DNA of 64,000 nt from an uncultured Gemmatimonadales bacterium (GTDB lineage: Bacteria > Gemmatimonadota > Gemmatimonadetes > Gemmatimonadales > JACORV01), in the NCBI GenBank assembly GCA_963812035.1, contig CAWETG010000010.1, positions 323,534 through 387,533 on the forward strand, read 5' to 3'. A program made the translations under genes and the position numbers. Below are positions 52,913 to 60,812 of the stretch, piece after piece. A model generated the notes under the pieces. That model saw only the letters and a program-made list of their open reading frames with translations. It did no database searches and had not been told where the DNA came from. The first letter of the stretch is position 1, and each line of letters starts with the position of its first letter.

Positions 52913-54337
52913 TCACGGGCCCGCGCGGATGGCCCGGCCTGCACGGACGTTCCGTCGCGGGCCCTGCGGGTCCAGAGCCACCTGGCCCGCCACGATGACC
53001 CAGGAGATTCCCTCGGACATCCGGTCCGGGTGCTCCACCGTGGCCCGGTCGCGCACCCGGGCCGGATCGAGGATCACGAGGTCGGCGTCGGCACCCACCG
53101 CGATCCGGCCTTTGCGGCGCAGCGCGGGCACCCTCCGCTCCAGCGTCTGCGCGGGCAGCAGCGTCATCCGGCGGATCGCGTCCATGAGCGACAGGGTCCC
53201 GCGCTCGCGCACGTAGACGCCCAGCGTGCGCGCGAACGCACCGGAGGCGCGTGGATGGTTGTTGTTGCCGGGCTGGAGAATTGCGTCGCTGCCGATCATC
53301 ACCGATGGGGCGCGCAGCGCCAGCACCACCGCGGTGTCCGGAATGGCGTACGCCACGGCGAGCTTGCCCTGCGCCCGGTAGCGCCGGAAGCTCTCCGCCG
53401 TGAGCCGCTCCGTGGTCCCGGCGATCTGAAGATCGCCGTACGAGATGCCGAAGCGCTGCTGCCACCCGGCGTCGAAGCGCGCCTGGCTCAGCTTGGTCGC
53501 CCAGAAGTCGTAGGGATAAACGCAGGCGGTGACGTCCAGCCCGTCGCGCCGCCCCGCCGCGAGGGAGTCCAGCGCGGCGGCCATGTCGAACGTGGCGGCA
53601 CTGGTGATGTGGTCCACGTGGACCGCCGCCCCGGTCCGGCGGGCCGCCTCCAGGATCTCGTGGATCGCCTCGGCGTCGGTGCCCGGTGGAACGGTGTCGG
53701 AGTAGCGCGCGTGCACGAACAGCGGCGCCTGGTAGCGCGCCGCCACGCGCGCCATCGCCAGCACCTCGTCCGAGGTCGCCCCAGGCGTGTACTCCGGGCT
53801 CATCGACACGCCCAACGCACCGTCCTCGAGCGCGCGCTCGGCCAACGCGACCAGCCGCTGCAATTCCTCGGAAGTGGCGGCGCGGTAGGGGCTGATGCCG
53901 AGCCGAATGCGAGCATTGGGATCGGAAAAGGCGCCGCCGTAATTGACGGGCCAGCGAGACCGGCCCAGGGTGCGATACCAGGCGCCCATGTCCGCCGCTG
54001 CCCCGTGCATCGCCAGGTTCGTCGTCACGCCGTCGGCCAGCTTGAACCAGACGCCGTACGGGTTGGGATCGTACGACAGCACGTCGATGAAGCCCGGCGC
54101 GACGACCTGGCCGCCGGCGTCGATCACCACGCGGCCCGCGAGTGCGGTGTCCGACAGCGCCGCGATGGTGCCGCCGCGGATCCCGACCCACAGCCCCGAG
54201 CGATCGAGATCGCTCTCCGGATCCATCACCCGCCCGTTCCGGATGACCAGATCGAAGGCGGGGACGGATGGCGTCTGCGCGCGGGCCGGCGCCAGCGCGA
54301 GCAGGGTCAGCAGCAAGGGAGTGCGGAGCCTCAACAC
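52913..54337 (-). CDS. N-acyl-D-amino-acid deacylase-like amidohydrolase, secreted
   Basis: 474 aa with a signal peptide. FDLVIRNGRVMDP...PGFID, HARYS, VHVDHITS and ADLVILDP blocks of the D-aminoacylase family. The usual HxH after GFID is replaced by LSY. Confidence 0.7.
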   Translation of the reverse strand: MLRLRTPLLLTLLALAPARAQTPSVPAFDLVIRNGRVMDPESDLDRSGLWVGIRGGTIAALSDTALAGRVVIDAGGQVVAPGFIDVLSYDPNPYGVWFKLADGVTTNLAMHGAAADMGAWYRTLGRSRWPVNYGGAFSDPNARIRLGISPYRAATSEELQRLVALAERALEDGALGVSMSPEYTPGATSDEVLAMARVAARYQAPLFVHARYSDTVPPGTDAEAIHEILEAARRTGAAVHVDHITSAATFDMAAALDSLAAGRRDGLDVTACVYPYDFWATKLSQARFDAGWQQRFGISYGDLQIAGTTERLTAESFRRYRAQGKLAVAYAIPDTAVVLALRAPSVMIGSDAILQPGNNNHPRASGAFARTLGVYVRERGTLSLMDAIRRMTLLPAQTLERRVPALRRKGRIAVGADADLVILDPARVRDRATVEHPDRMSEGISWVIVAGQVALDPQGPRRNVRAGRAIRAGP

Positions 54338-54429
54338 GGCTCATAAGTTACACCAGTTGGGCGCCGTGGCACCCGGCGACCGCGTCCCGTAGGATTGGGA
54401 CTTCAACTCGAGTCCGGAGGACCGGAGTG

Positions 54430-56448
54430 ATGAACCGCCTCGCCTTCCTCATCCCTGCGCTCGCAGCGGCACTCGCCGTCGCGGCCCGCGCCCAGGTGAC
54501 CGACAGCTCCGCGTTCCGCCCGGTCCCGCTGCCCACGCCGAACGAATACCGCTCCGCCAGCGGAGCACCGGGCCACGCCTACTGGCAGAACCGCGCGGAC
54601 TACGCGATCGAGGCCGTGCTCGACACCGCGAAGAACGAGATCCGCGGCACCGGGCGCCTCACCTACCAGAACAACTCGCCCGACGCGCTGCGCTTCCTCT
54701 GGCTCCAGCTCGACCAGAACATCTTCGCCAGAAACAGCATCAACGCCCTCACCGCGCCGCCGCCGCTCATCTTCGGGGGGACGCCGTTCGACATGGCAAA
54801 CCACGGGTTCGTGGGCGGCCTGACGCTCACCCGCCTCGACGCCAACGGCCGGCCGCTCCCGCACTACATCTGGGACACGATGATGCGGGTGGACCTGCCG
54901 GAGCCGCTCGCGCCCGGCGGCGCCATCACGCTCGACATGGCGTGGTCGTTCACGATTCCCATCAACGGCGCCGCCCGCATGGGCCGCGACGGCTCGCTGT
55001 ACGAGATCGCCCAGTGGTACCCGCGGATGGCGGTGTACGACGACGTGCACGGGTGGAACACGCTCCCGTACATCGGCGCGGGAGAGTTCTACCTCGAGTA
55101 CGGCGACTTCGACGTGCACCTCACGGTGCCGAGCGGCTTCGTCGTGGCCTCGACCGGCACGCTCGAGAATCCCGACGAGGTGCTCACGGCCGGCGAACGC
55201 GACCGGCTCGCGCGGGCGCGGGCCGACACGGTGCCCCTGGCGATCATCACCGCGGGCGAGGCTGGCGACCCGGCGGCCACGCGGCCGGCGGGCGCCAACG
55301 GCTCGCTCACCTGGCACTTCCGCGCCTCCAACGTGCGCGACGTGGCGTGGGCCGCCGCGCCCAATTTCCGGTGGGACGCAGTGAGCTGGCGTGGCATCCT
55401 GATCCAGACGTACTACCGCCCCACGGCGCTGCTCTGGGCTGCGGAGGGGATCGTGATGGCCAAGCACGCCATCCGCCGCAACTCCGAGCAGTGGGCCATG
55501 TACACCTACCCGCAGGCCAGTACGGTCGAAGGGCCGATCGACGGGATGGAATATCCGATGATCACCTTCGTGCCGGCAGAGAAGAGCCGCGAGGGACTGT
55601 ACTGGGTGCTGATGCACGAATTCGGGCACGAGTGGTTCCCGATGGTGGTCGGCAGCGACGAGCGTCGGTACCCCTGGATGGACGAGGGCTTCAACACGTT
55701 CATCGATCTCTACGACGCCGCCGACTACTTCGCCGGCACGGCCTACGGCGACAGCGTCGCCGACATCCCACTGCACGCCTATGCGGCCAACGCCGTGCCG
55801 GGCGACGAGCAGCCGATCATCACCGCCCCCGTCGAGGTGCGGGACTTGTACTGGACGGCCTACCAGAAGCCGGCACTCATGCTCCGCCTGCTGCGTGAGG
55901 ATGTGCTGGGGCGCGACGGGTTCGACCCCGCCTTCCGCGAGTACATCCGGCGCTGGTCGTTCAAGCACCCGCAGCCGGCCGACTTCTTCCGCACCATCGA
56001 GAACGTGAGCGGACGCAACCTCGACTGGTTCTGGCGCGACTGGGTGTTCACGACGGCGCGGCTGGACCAGGCCGTGGATTCGGTGGTCGGTCCGGGAGGC
56101 GGCAGGGCGGGCACAGAGGCACGGGGGCACGGGGGCACGGTGCCCGCCGGTACGGTGCGCGGCGCGAACATGAGGGGTGAGGCGCCGGCGCCCGAGGCCG
56201 CACAGCCCGGGACGCGGATCTACCTCAGCAACCGGCGCGAGATGGTGATGCCCGCGGAGCTGAAGCTCAGCTACGACGACGGCACCAGCGAGGTGGTGGA
56301 GCTGCCGGTGGAGATGTGGAATCTGGGCAGCCGGTTCGTCTACACCGTCAACACCGGGACCAAACGGGTCGTCCGCGCGGAACTGGACCCCCGGCACATC
56401 CTCCCGGACACGGATCGCGGGAACAACGTGTGGCCGAGGGGGAGATGA
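54430..56448 (+). CDS. M1-family zinc metallopeptidase, secreted
   Basis: Track ORF 54268..56448 trimmed to ATG 54430 (GGAGG upstream; signal peptide MNRLAFLIPALAAALAVAARA). HEFGH-X18-E (WMDEG) gluzincin motif. Confidence 0.85.
   Translation: MNRLAFLIPALAAALAVAARAQVTDSSAFRPVPLPTPNEYRSASGAPGHAYWQNRADYAIEAVLDTAKNEIRGTGRLTYQNNSPDALRFLWLQLDQNIFARNSINALTAPPPLIFGGTPFDMANHGFVGGLTLTRLDANGRPLPHYIWDTMMRVDLPEPLAPGGAITLDMAWSFTIPINGAARMGRDGSLYEIAQWYPRMAVYDDVHGWNTLPYIGAGEFYLEYGDFDVHLTVPSGFVVASTGTLENPDEVLTAGERDRLARARADTVPLAIITAGEAGDPAATRPAGANGSLTWHFRASNVRDVAWAAAPNFRWDAVSWRGILIQTYYRPTALLWAAEGIVMAKHAIRRNSEQWAMYTYPQASTVEGPIDGMEYPMITFVPAEKSREGLYWVLMHEFGHEWFPMVVGSDERRYPWMDEGFNTFIDLYDAADYFAGTAYGDSVADIPLHAYAANAVPGDEQPIITAPVEVRDLYWTAYQKPALMLRLLREDVLGRDGFDPAFREYIRRWSFKHPQPADFFRTIENVSGRNLDWFWRDWVFTTARLDQAVDSVVGPGGGRAGTEARGHGGTVPAGTVRGANMRGEAPAPEAAQPGTRIYLSNRREMVMPAELKLSYDDGTSEVVELPVEMWNLGSRFVYTVNTGTKRVVRAELDPRHILPDTDRGNNVWPRGR
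56111..56146. repeat. GCACGGGG octamer tandem repeat inside the M1 peptidase CDS
   Basis: gcacagag gcacgggg gcacgggg gcacggtg cccg; encodes ...GTEARGHGGTVPAG... Confidence 0.8.
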
Positions 56449-56461
56449 AGAAGAGGGGTTT

Positions 56462-56527
56462 GGGGGCTAGGGGCTAGAAACGTGGCGCCGCATACGCCTA
56501 GCCCCTAGCCCCTAGCCCCTAGCCCCT
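56462..56527. repeat. GGGGCTA / TAGCCCC inverted tandem-repeat hairpin between convergent genes
   Basis: gggggctaggggctag - 20 nt loop - ctagcccctagcccctagcccctagcccct. Two units on the left and four on the right. Confidence 0.85.
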
Positions 56528-56531
56528 GTCT

Positions 56532-58292
56532 TTAATTGTTCGGCACCACCGGGAGGATCAAGTAGCTCGCGTGATCCCGGTCGTGAAACACCGCCTGCCG
56601 CGCCGGCTGCGACGTGACCGTCTGCCCCAGCGGTTCGCCGGTGTTGGGATTGGAGTCGTATTTCGGAAACGCGGTGGACGCCACTTCCACGCGGATCCTG
56701 TGACCCGGCCTGAACGTCTGGCAGGTGTTCCACACGTCGACGTCGTAGCCGTACACCCGGCCCGGTTCGATGGGCGACGGCCGGTCCATCCCGTCGCGGA
56801 ATCGGGCCCGCACCATCCCGTCGATCAGCCGCTCGACGAACCCGTTCGGCCACACGTCGAGCACCTTGACCATGAAATCGGTGTCGTGCGCGTCGGACGA
56901 CGCGAACAACCGCGCGCTGATCGGGCCGCACACCTCCAGGTCCTGCGTGAGCGAGTCGCTGGTGTAGACCAGGACGTCGTTGCGCTGCTCGACCTGGCGG
57001 TAGTCGTCGGGGCCGCCGATCTGCGCGAACGACGGCTCGGTGATGAAGGGGACGGGGTTCGACGGATCGTCGACGTACATGTCCGGCGGCTCCCGCGCAG
57101 GGACGGCGGTCGTCAACCTGCCGTCGCCCGCGCTCGTCGCCGCGTGGCCGCCGCTGTGCAGGTAGTACCGCGTCCATTGCGTGCGCGCCATCGGCCATTC
57201 GTTCTCACTCACCCAGGTGTTGGTGCCCATCACGAAGATCCGTACCGGCGGCTCCGGCATCACGCCGTTGTCGATCCCCTTCAGCCAGTAGTCGAACCAG
57301 CGGATCTGGTAGGCCGTCAGGTCGATCTGGCCGGTGGGCCCGAAGTCCACCGCCCCCAGCTTCGCGGTTGAATTGATCGCGTGCGGCCACGGCCCCATCA
57401 GCAGATGCTGGCTGGCGCGCACAGTCGCCGGTCCTCGCGTCGTCATGCCGATGTAGTTGAGGGGCGTGCCGACCTGCTCGTCGTCGTACCACCCCGAGAT
57501 GTGGAGCACCGGCACCTGGACCCGGTCGTACTTGTTCTGGTACCGCACCGGCTCCCACCAGTCGCTCAGCTGCGCGTGCTGGATCTCCTCGCGCCAGTAC
57601 GGGTTGGGTCGCCCGGCGGCCGAGTCCATGGTGAGCATCGGCAGGTGCCGCTGCACCGCCGACCAGTCCACCGCGTCCATGTTCTGCAGCAGGTGGCCGG
57701 CCGTGAAGTGATACCAGCTGATGTCCATCGGCAGGGGCAGCCCGGTCGGCCACTCGACGAACGGATCGGATGGCGTGACCATCGCGATCATCGCCGTGAG
57801 GTGCGGCGGCTGGAGCACCGCCGTGAACCACTGGATGCGGCCGTTATAGGAGCCGCCGATCGTGCCGACCTTCCCGGTGGACCAGGGTTGCGCCGCGCAC
57901 CACTCGACGGCGTCGTAGCCGTCGCGCCCGTCGTTGCGATACGGCACCCACTCGCCGTCCGAATCGCCGCGGCCACGGACGTCCATTGCCACGAAGACGT
58001 AGCCGCGCGAGGCCCAGTCCCGGCCGGCCCGGAGCGAGCCCGTCTTGGTGTAGGGCGTGCGCGAGAGCACCACGGGGAAGCGGCCAGCCGTGTCCGGCCT
58101 GTACACGTCGGCCGAGAGCTCGACGCCGTCCCGCATCTTCACCCGCTGGTTGAAGTCGATCCACACCTTGTAGGTCGGTTGCGATACTTGAGGCGCCGCG
58201 CCGGGCGCGGCAGCCGGCTGCTGTGCGGCGAGCGCAAGCGGCCCCAGCGCGACAAGAAGCGCAGCCGGAACCAACCAACTCCTGGCCGTCAT
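56532..58292 (-). CDS. CocE/NonD-family hydrolase (S15 X-Pro dipeptidyl-peptidase-like), secreted
   Basis: 586 aa with a signal peptide. RTPY, GGSYNG nucleophile elbow, and a C-terminal PepX_C-type beta-domain. Confidence 0.9.
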   Translation of the reverse strand: MTARSWLVPAALLVALGPLALAAQQPAAAPGAAPQVSQPTYKVWIDFNQRVKMRDGVELSADVYRPDTAGRFPVVLSRTPYTKTGSLRAGRDWASRGYVFVAMDVRGRGDSDGEWVPYRNDGRDGYDAVEWCAAQPWSTGKVGTIGGSYNGRIQWFTAVLQPPHLTAMIAMVTPSDPFVEWPTGLPLPMDISWYHFTAGHLLQNMDAVDWSAVQRHLPMLTMDSAAGRPNPYWREEIQHAQLSDWWEPVRYQNKYDRVQVPVLHISGWYDDEQVGTPLNYIGMTTRGPATVRASQHLLMGPWPHAINSTAKLGAVDFGPTGQIDLTAYQIRWFDYWLKGIDNGVMPEPPVRIFVMGTNTWVSENEWPMARTQWTRYYLHSGGHAATSAGDGRLTTAVPAREPPDMYVDDPSNPVPFITEPSFAQIGGPDDYRQVEQRNDVLVYTSDSLTQDLEVCGPISARLFASSDAHDTDFMVKVLDVWPNGFVERLIDGMVRARFRDGMDRPSPIEPGRVYGYDVDVWNTCQTFRPGHRIRVEVASTAFPKYDSNPNTGEPLGQTVTSQPARQAVFHDRDHASYLILPVVPNN

Positions 58293-58392
58293 CGTCCCTC
58301 TCCCGTCTGGTGAGCACTAGCTCGGTAGACCCAACCGAAACCGGCGGTGTCGACGCTACCCTCCGGACCCTACGCTCGCAACACGTGGGGAC

Positions 58393-58938
58393 CTAACGGG
58401 TCAACGCGTACACCAGCAGGTCGAACGTCTGGCCGTCCTTGGTGGCGGCCTTCCGCAGTCGCGCCTCCCACAGGTAGCCGGCCTTCACAAGCACGCGCGC
58501 GGACGCGGCGTTCCGCTCGAACACGTACGCCTGGAGGCGGCACAGGTCGAACGACGCGAACGCATGCTCCGTCAACGCCCGGAGTGCGGCGGTCGCAATG
58601 CCGCGGCCCCAGTGCGCCTCGCCCAGCCAGAAGCCGATCACCGCCGAGCGCTTGAAGATGTCCTGCTGAAGCTCGAGGCCGATGCCGCCCGCCGCCTCCC
58701 CGTCCACTTCTATCGCGAAGTGCACGGTCGGGTCCTGCGACATCGCGGCCGCCATCCACTCCTTCGCGTCGTCGAGCGTGTAGGGGTGAGGGAACCGGTC
58801 GCCGAGCGTGATCCAGATGTTCCGGTTGTTGGCGTGCCGGGCCAGCGACGCTTCGTCGCCCCGCCTCCACGGGCGGAGCCGGGCCCCGGCCACCGGCAGG
58901 TCGAGCTGGATCGCGCCGCCTGCGCGCCCCTCGCTCAT
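58393..58938 (-). CDS. GNAT-family N-acetyltransferase (RimJ/RimL-like)
   Basis: Track ORF 58393..59154 trimmed to ATG 58938, which overlaps the upstream stop (ATGA). WGRGIATAALRAL acetyl-CoA-binding motif. Confidence 0.85.
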   Translation of the reverse strand: MSEGRAGGAIQLDLPVAGARLRPWRRGDEASLARHANNRNIWITLGDRFPHPYTLDDAKEWMAAAMSQDPTVHFAIEVDGEAAGGIGLELQQDIFKRSAVIGFWLGEAHWGRGIATAALRALTEHAFASFDLCRLQAYVFERNAASARVLVKAGYLWEARLRKAATKDGQTFDLLVYALTR

Positions 58939-59279
58939 GGCGAGTCCCCGGAACGCGCCGCCGCGCACCGAGGGCAAGGACAGATGTCGAGCAGATACTC
59001 CCACGGATAGATGCCCGTGTCGTGGCCGTCGCTCCACGAAAAGTGGACGGCGTACGAGCCCACCAGCCTCAGGTCGAGCGCGCGGACCTCGTCCGGCACA
59101 CCCTGCGCATCCAAGGTCGGCCGCCCGCTGATCTCGTCCCGGCAGCTGGCGCACTGGCAGGCCAGGCGCAATTCCCGCGCGCCATAGACACCCACGTGCC
59201 CGTCCTCATCCCACTCGATCTGAATGGCCGCTCCGTGATCGAGCCGGCGGATCAGGTGCGGAACGGGGATCTGCTTCAC
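58935..59279 (-). CDS. DUF971 domain protein (gamma-butyrobetaine hydroxylase N-terminal-like)
   Basis: This is the last 114 aa of track ORF 58935..60932. GTG 59279 overlaps the upstream stop (GTGA). LRLACQCASC...VGSYAVHFSWSDGHDTGIYPWEYL is the DUF971 signature. Confidence 0.75.
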   Translation of the reverse strand: MKQIPVPHLIRRLDHGAAIQIEWDEDGHVGVYGARELRLACQCASCRDEISGRPTLDAQGVPDEVRALDLRLVGSYAVHFSWSDGHDTGIYPWEYLLDICPCPRCAAARSGDSP

Positions 59280-60109
59280 GGTTCCCGCCCCTGGGGCACC
59301 TGCCCCACCGTGCCCCCGTGCGTCCGTGCCCCTGTGCCTCCTGTCTTCGTGCCTCTGTGCTCCTGTGCCCCCGTGCCCCCTGTCAGTATCGGTTCCAGCA
59401 CCCGCCACACGTTGTCTGCCACGATCCGGTCTCCGGCCGCGGTAGGATGAATGCCGTCGGCCTGATTGAGGGAATCCACGCCCCCCACGCCCTCGAGCAG
59501 GAACGGGATGAGCGCGAGATGCTCGCGCGCAGCGAGGTCGCGGTACAGCGCGCGAAACTGGGCGGCATAGCGCAGCCCAAGATTCGGCGCCGCTTCCATT
59601 CCGGCAAGCACGATCGTCACGCCCGGATCGGCCACGCGGGCGCGCCGCACGATGGCCTCGAGGTTGGCGCGGGTCGAGTCGAGGTCGAGTCCGCGCAGCA
59701 TGTCGTTGGCGCCCGTCTCCACCACCAGCACGGCGGGCCGGTCGTGCAGCACCCAGTCGAGCCTGCGCAACGCCCCGGCGCTCGTCTCCCCGCTCACGCC
59801 CGCATTGACGGACCGCCATGGCAGCTTCAAGCTGTCGAGCTTGCGCTGGACGACGGCAGGAAAGGCCTGGTCCGGATCGAGGCCGAGTCCAGCGGTAAGG
59901 CTGGTGCCGAGAAAGACCACAAGATGGGTGTAGGGTGTAGGGGGTAGGGTGTGTGCAACACCCGAGTCGGCGGCAGGCGTCACGCCGCGGGAGGCCTGTT
60001 CCACAGCGGCACCGGCGCTCAGGCCCCGGGCCTTGGATCCCGCGCCCCGCCCGCAGCCCCCGAGCAGGACAACCACAGCGCCCGCGGCTATCATTCGCCT
60101 CATGCTCAT
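59276..60109 (-). CDS. SGNH/GDSL arylesterase-lysophospholipase (TesA-like) with repeat-encoded tail
   Basis: FLGTSLTAG (GDS-like block I), NAGVSGETS, ETGANDM and ADGIHPT blocks. Divergent from a ybbA/ybbP-like pair, as in E. coli tesA. The C-terminal ~35 aa are encoded by an octamer repeat. Confidence 0.85.
   Translation of the reverse strand: MSMRRMIAAGAVVVLLGGCGRGAGSKARGLSAGAAVEQASRGVTPAADSGVAHTLPPTPYTHLVVFLGTSLTAGLGLDPDQAFPAVVQRKLDSLKLPWRSVNAGVSGETSAGALRRLDWVLHDRPAVLVVETGANDMLRGLDLDSTRANLEAIVRRARVADPGVTIVLAGMEAAPNLGLRYAAQFRALYRDLAAREHLALIPFLLEGVGGVDSLNQADGIHPTAAGDRIVADNVWRVLEPILTGGTGAQEHRGTKTGGTGARTHGGTVGQVPQGREP
59296..59384. repeat. GTGCCCCC/GTGCGTCC octamer tandem repeat in the 3' end of the SGNH hydrolase CDS
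   Basis: ...ccgtgccc ccgtgcgt ccgtgccc ctgtgcct cctgtctt cgtgcctc tgtgctcc tgtgcccc cgtgcccc ctgtc; translated (minus strand) as GGTGAQEHRGTKTGGTGARTHGGT. Confidence 0.8.
59926..59956. repeat. GGGTGTA-type G-tract repeat inside the SGNH hydrolase CDS
   Basis: gggtgtagggtgtagggggtagggtgtgtgc has four G-runs of at least 3. It encodes HTLPPTPYTH on the minus strand. Confidence 0.7.
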
Positions 60110-60812
60110 CGCTCACAACCTCACCAAGACTTATACGAGCGGCGGTCGCCCGCTCACGGTGCTCAAGGAAGTTACCCTCGAAGTCGAGGCCGGTGGATTC
60201 CTGGCGATCGTCGGCCCCTCGGGCTGCGGCAAGACGACGCTGCTGGGCCTCCTGGCGGGACTCGACACGCCCAGTGGCGGCACCGTGCTGCTCGGCGGCC
60301 AGGAGCTGTCCGCGCTCTCCGAGGATGGCCGCGCCAGGCTGCGGGGCGAGAAGGTGGGCTTCGTCTTCCAGACCTTCCAGCTCATCCCCACGCTCACGGC
60401 GCTCGAAAACGTGCAGGTGCCGTTGGAACTGGCGGGCGGACGCACGGGGGCACGGGGGCACGGGGGCACGAGCTACCGCGAGATCGGCGAGCGGGCACGG
60501 GAGCTGCTGGCGCGGGTTGGGCTGGAGGGGCGCGAGCACCACTACCCGGCGCAGCTCTCCGGTGGCGAGCAGCAGCGGGTCGCGATCGCCCGCGCCTTCG
60601 TCAACCGCCCCGCCATCCTGTTCGCCGACGAGCCGACCGGCAACCTCGATGCGGAAACGGGCGCGCGGATCATCGACTTGCTGGACGCCCTGAACCGTGA
60701 GTCGGGGGCCACCATCGTCCTGGCCACCCACGACGCGGACCTGGCCGCGCGGGCCAAGCGCACCCTGCACCTGCTCGACGGTGCCGTCGCGCAGGACAGC
60801 GCGCGCGGATGA
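60102..60812 (+). CDS. ybbA: ABC transporter ATP-binding protein (YbbA/LolD-like)
   Basis: Track ORF 59949..60812 trimmed to ATG 60102. GPSGCGKTT, LSGGEQQRVAIARA and LFADEPTGNLD. It carries an 8-codon repeat-encoded insertion. Confidence 0.9.
   Translation: MLIAHNLTKTYTSGGRPLTVLKEVTLEVEAGGFLAIVGPSGCGKTTLLGLLAGLDTPSGGTVLLGGQELSALSEDGRARLRGEKVGFVFQTFQLIPTLTALENVQVPLELAGGRTGARGHGGTSYREIGERARELLARVGLEGREHHYPAQLSGGEQQRVAIARAFVNRPAILFADEPTGNLDAETGARIIDLLDALNRESGATIVLATHDADLAARAKRTLHLLDGAVAQDSARG
60441..60470. repeat. GGGGCACG octamer x3 in frame inside the ABC ATPase
   Basis: cgcacggg ggcacggg ggcacggg ggcacg encodes RTGARGHGGT, between the Q-loop region (ENVQVPLELAG) and ...ERARELLARVGL. Confidence 0.85.

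Noticed and set aside
52897-52925. A GC-rich stem-loop (gcgggccccgtg / cacgggcccgc) overlapping the stop codon of the D-aminoacylase-like gene, as a terminator.
   Set aside because: It has no U-tract and overlaps coding sequence. It is plausible, but I could not distinguish it from chance palindromes at this GC content.
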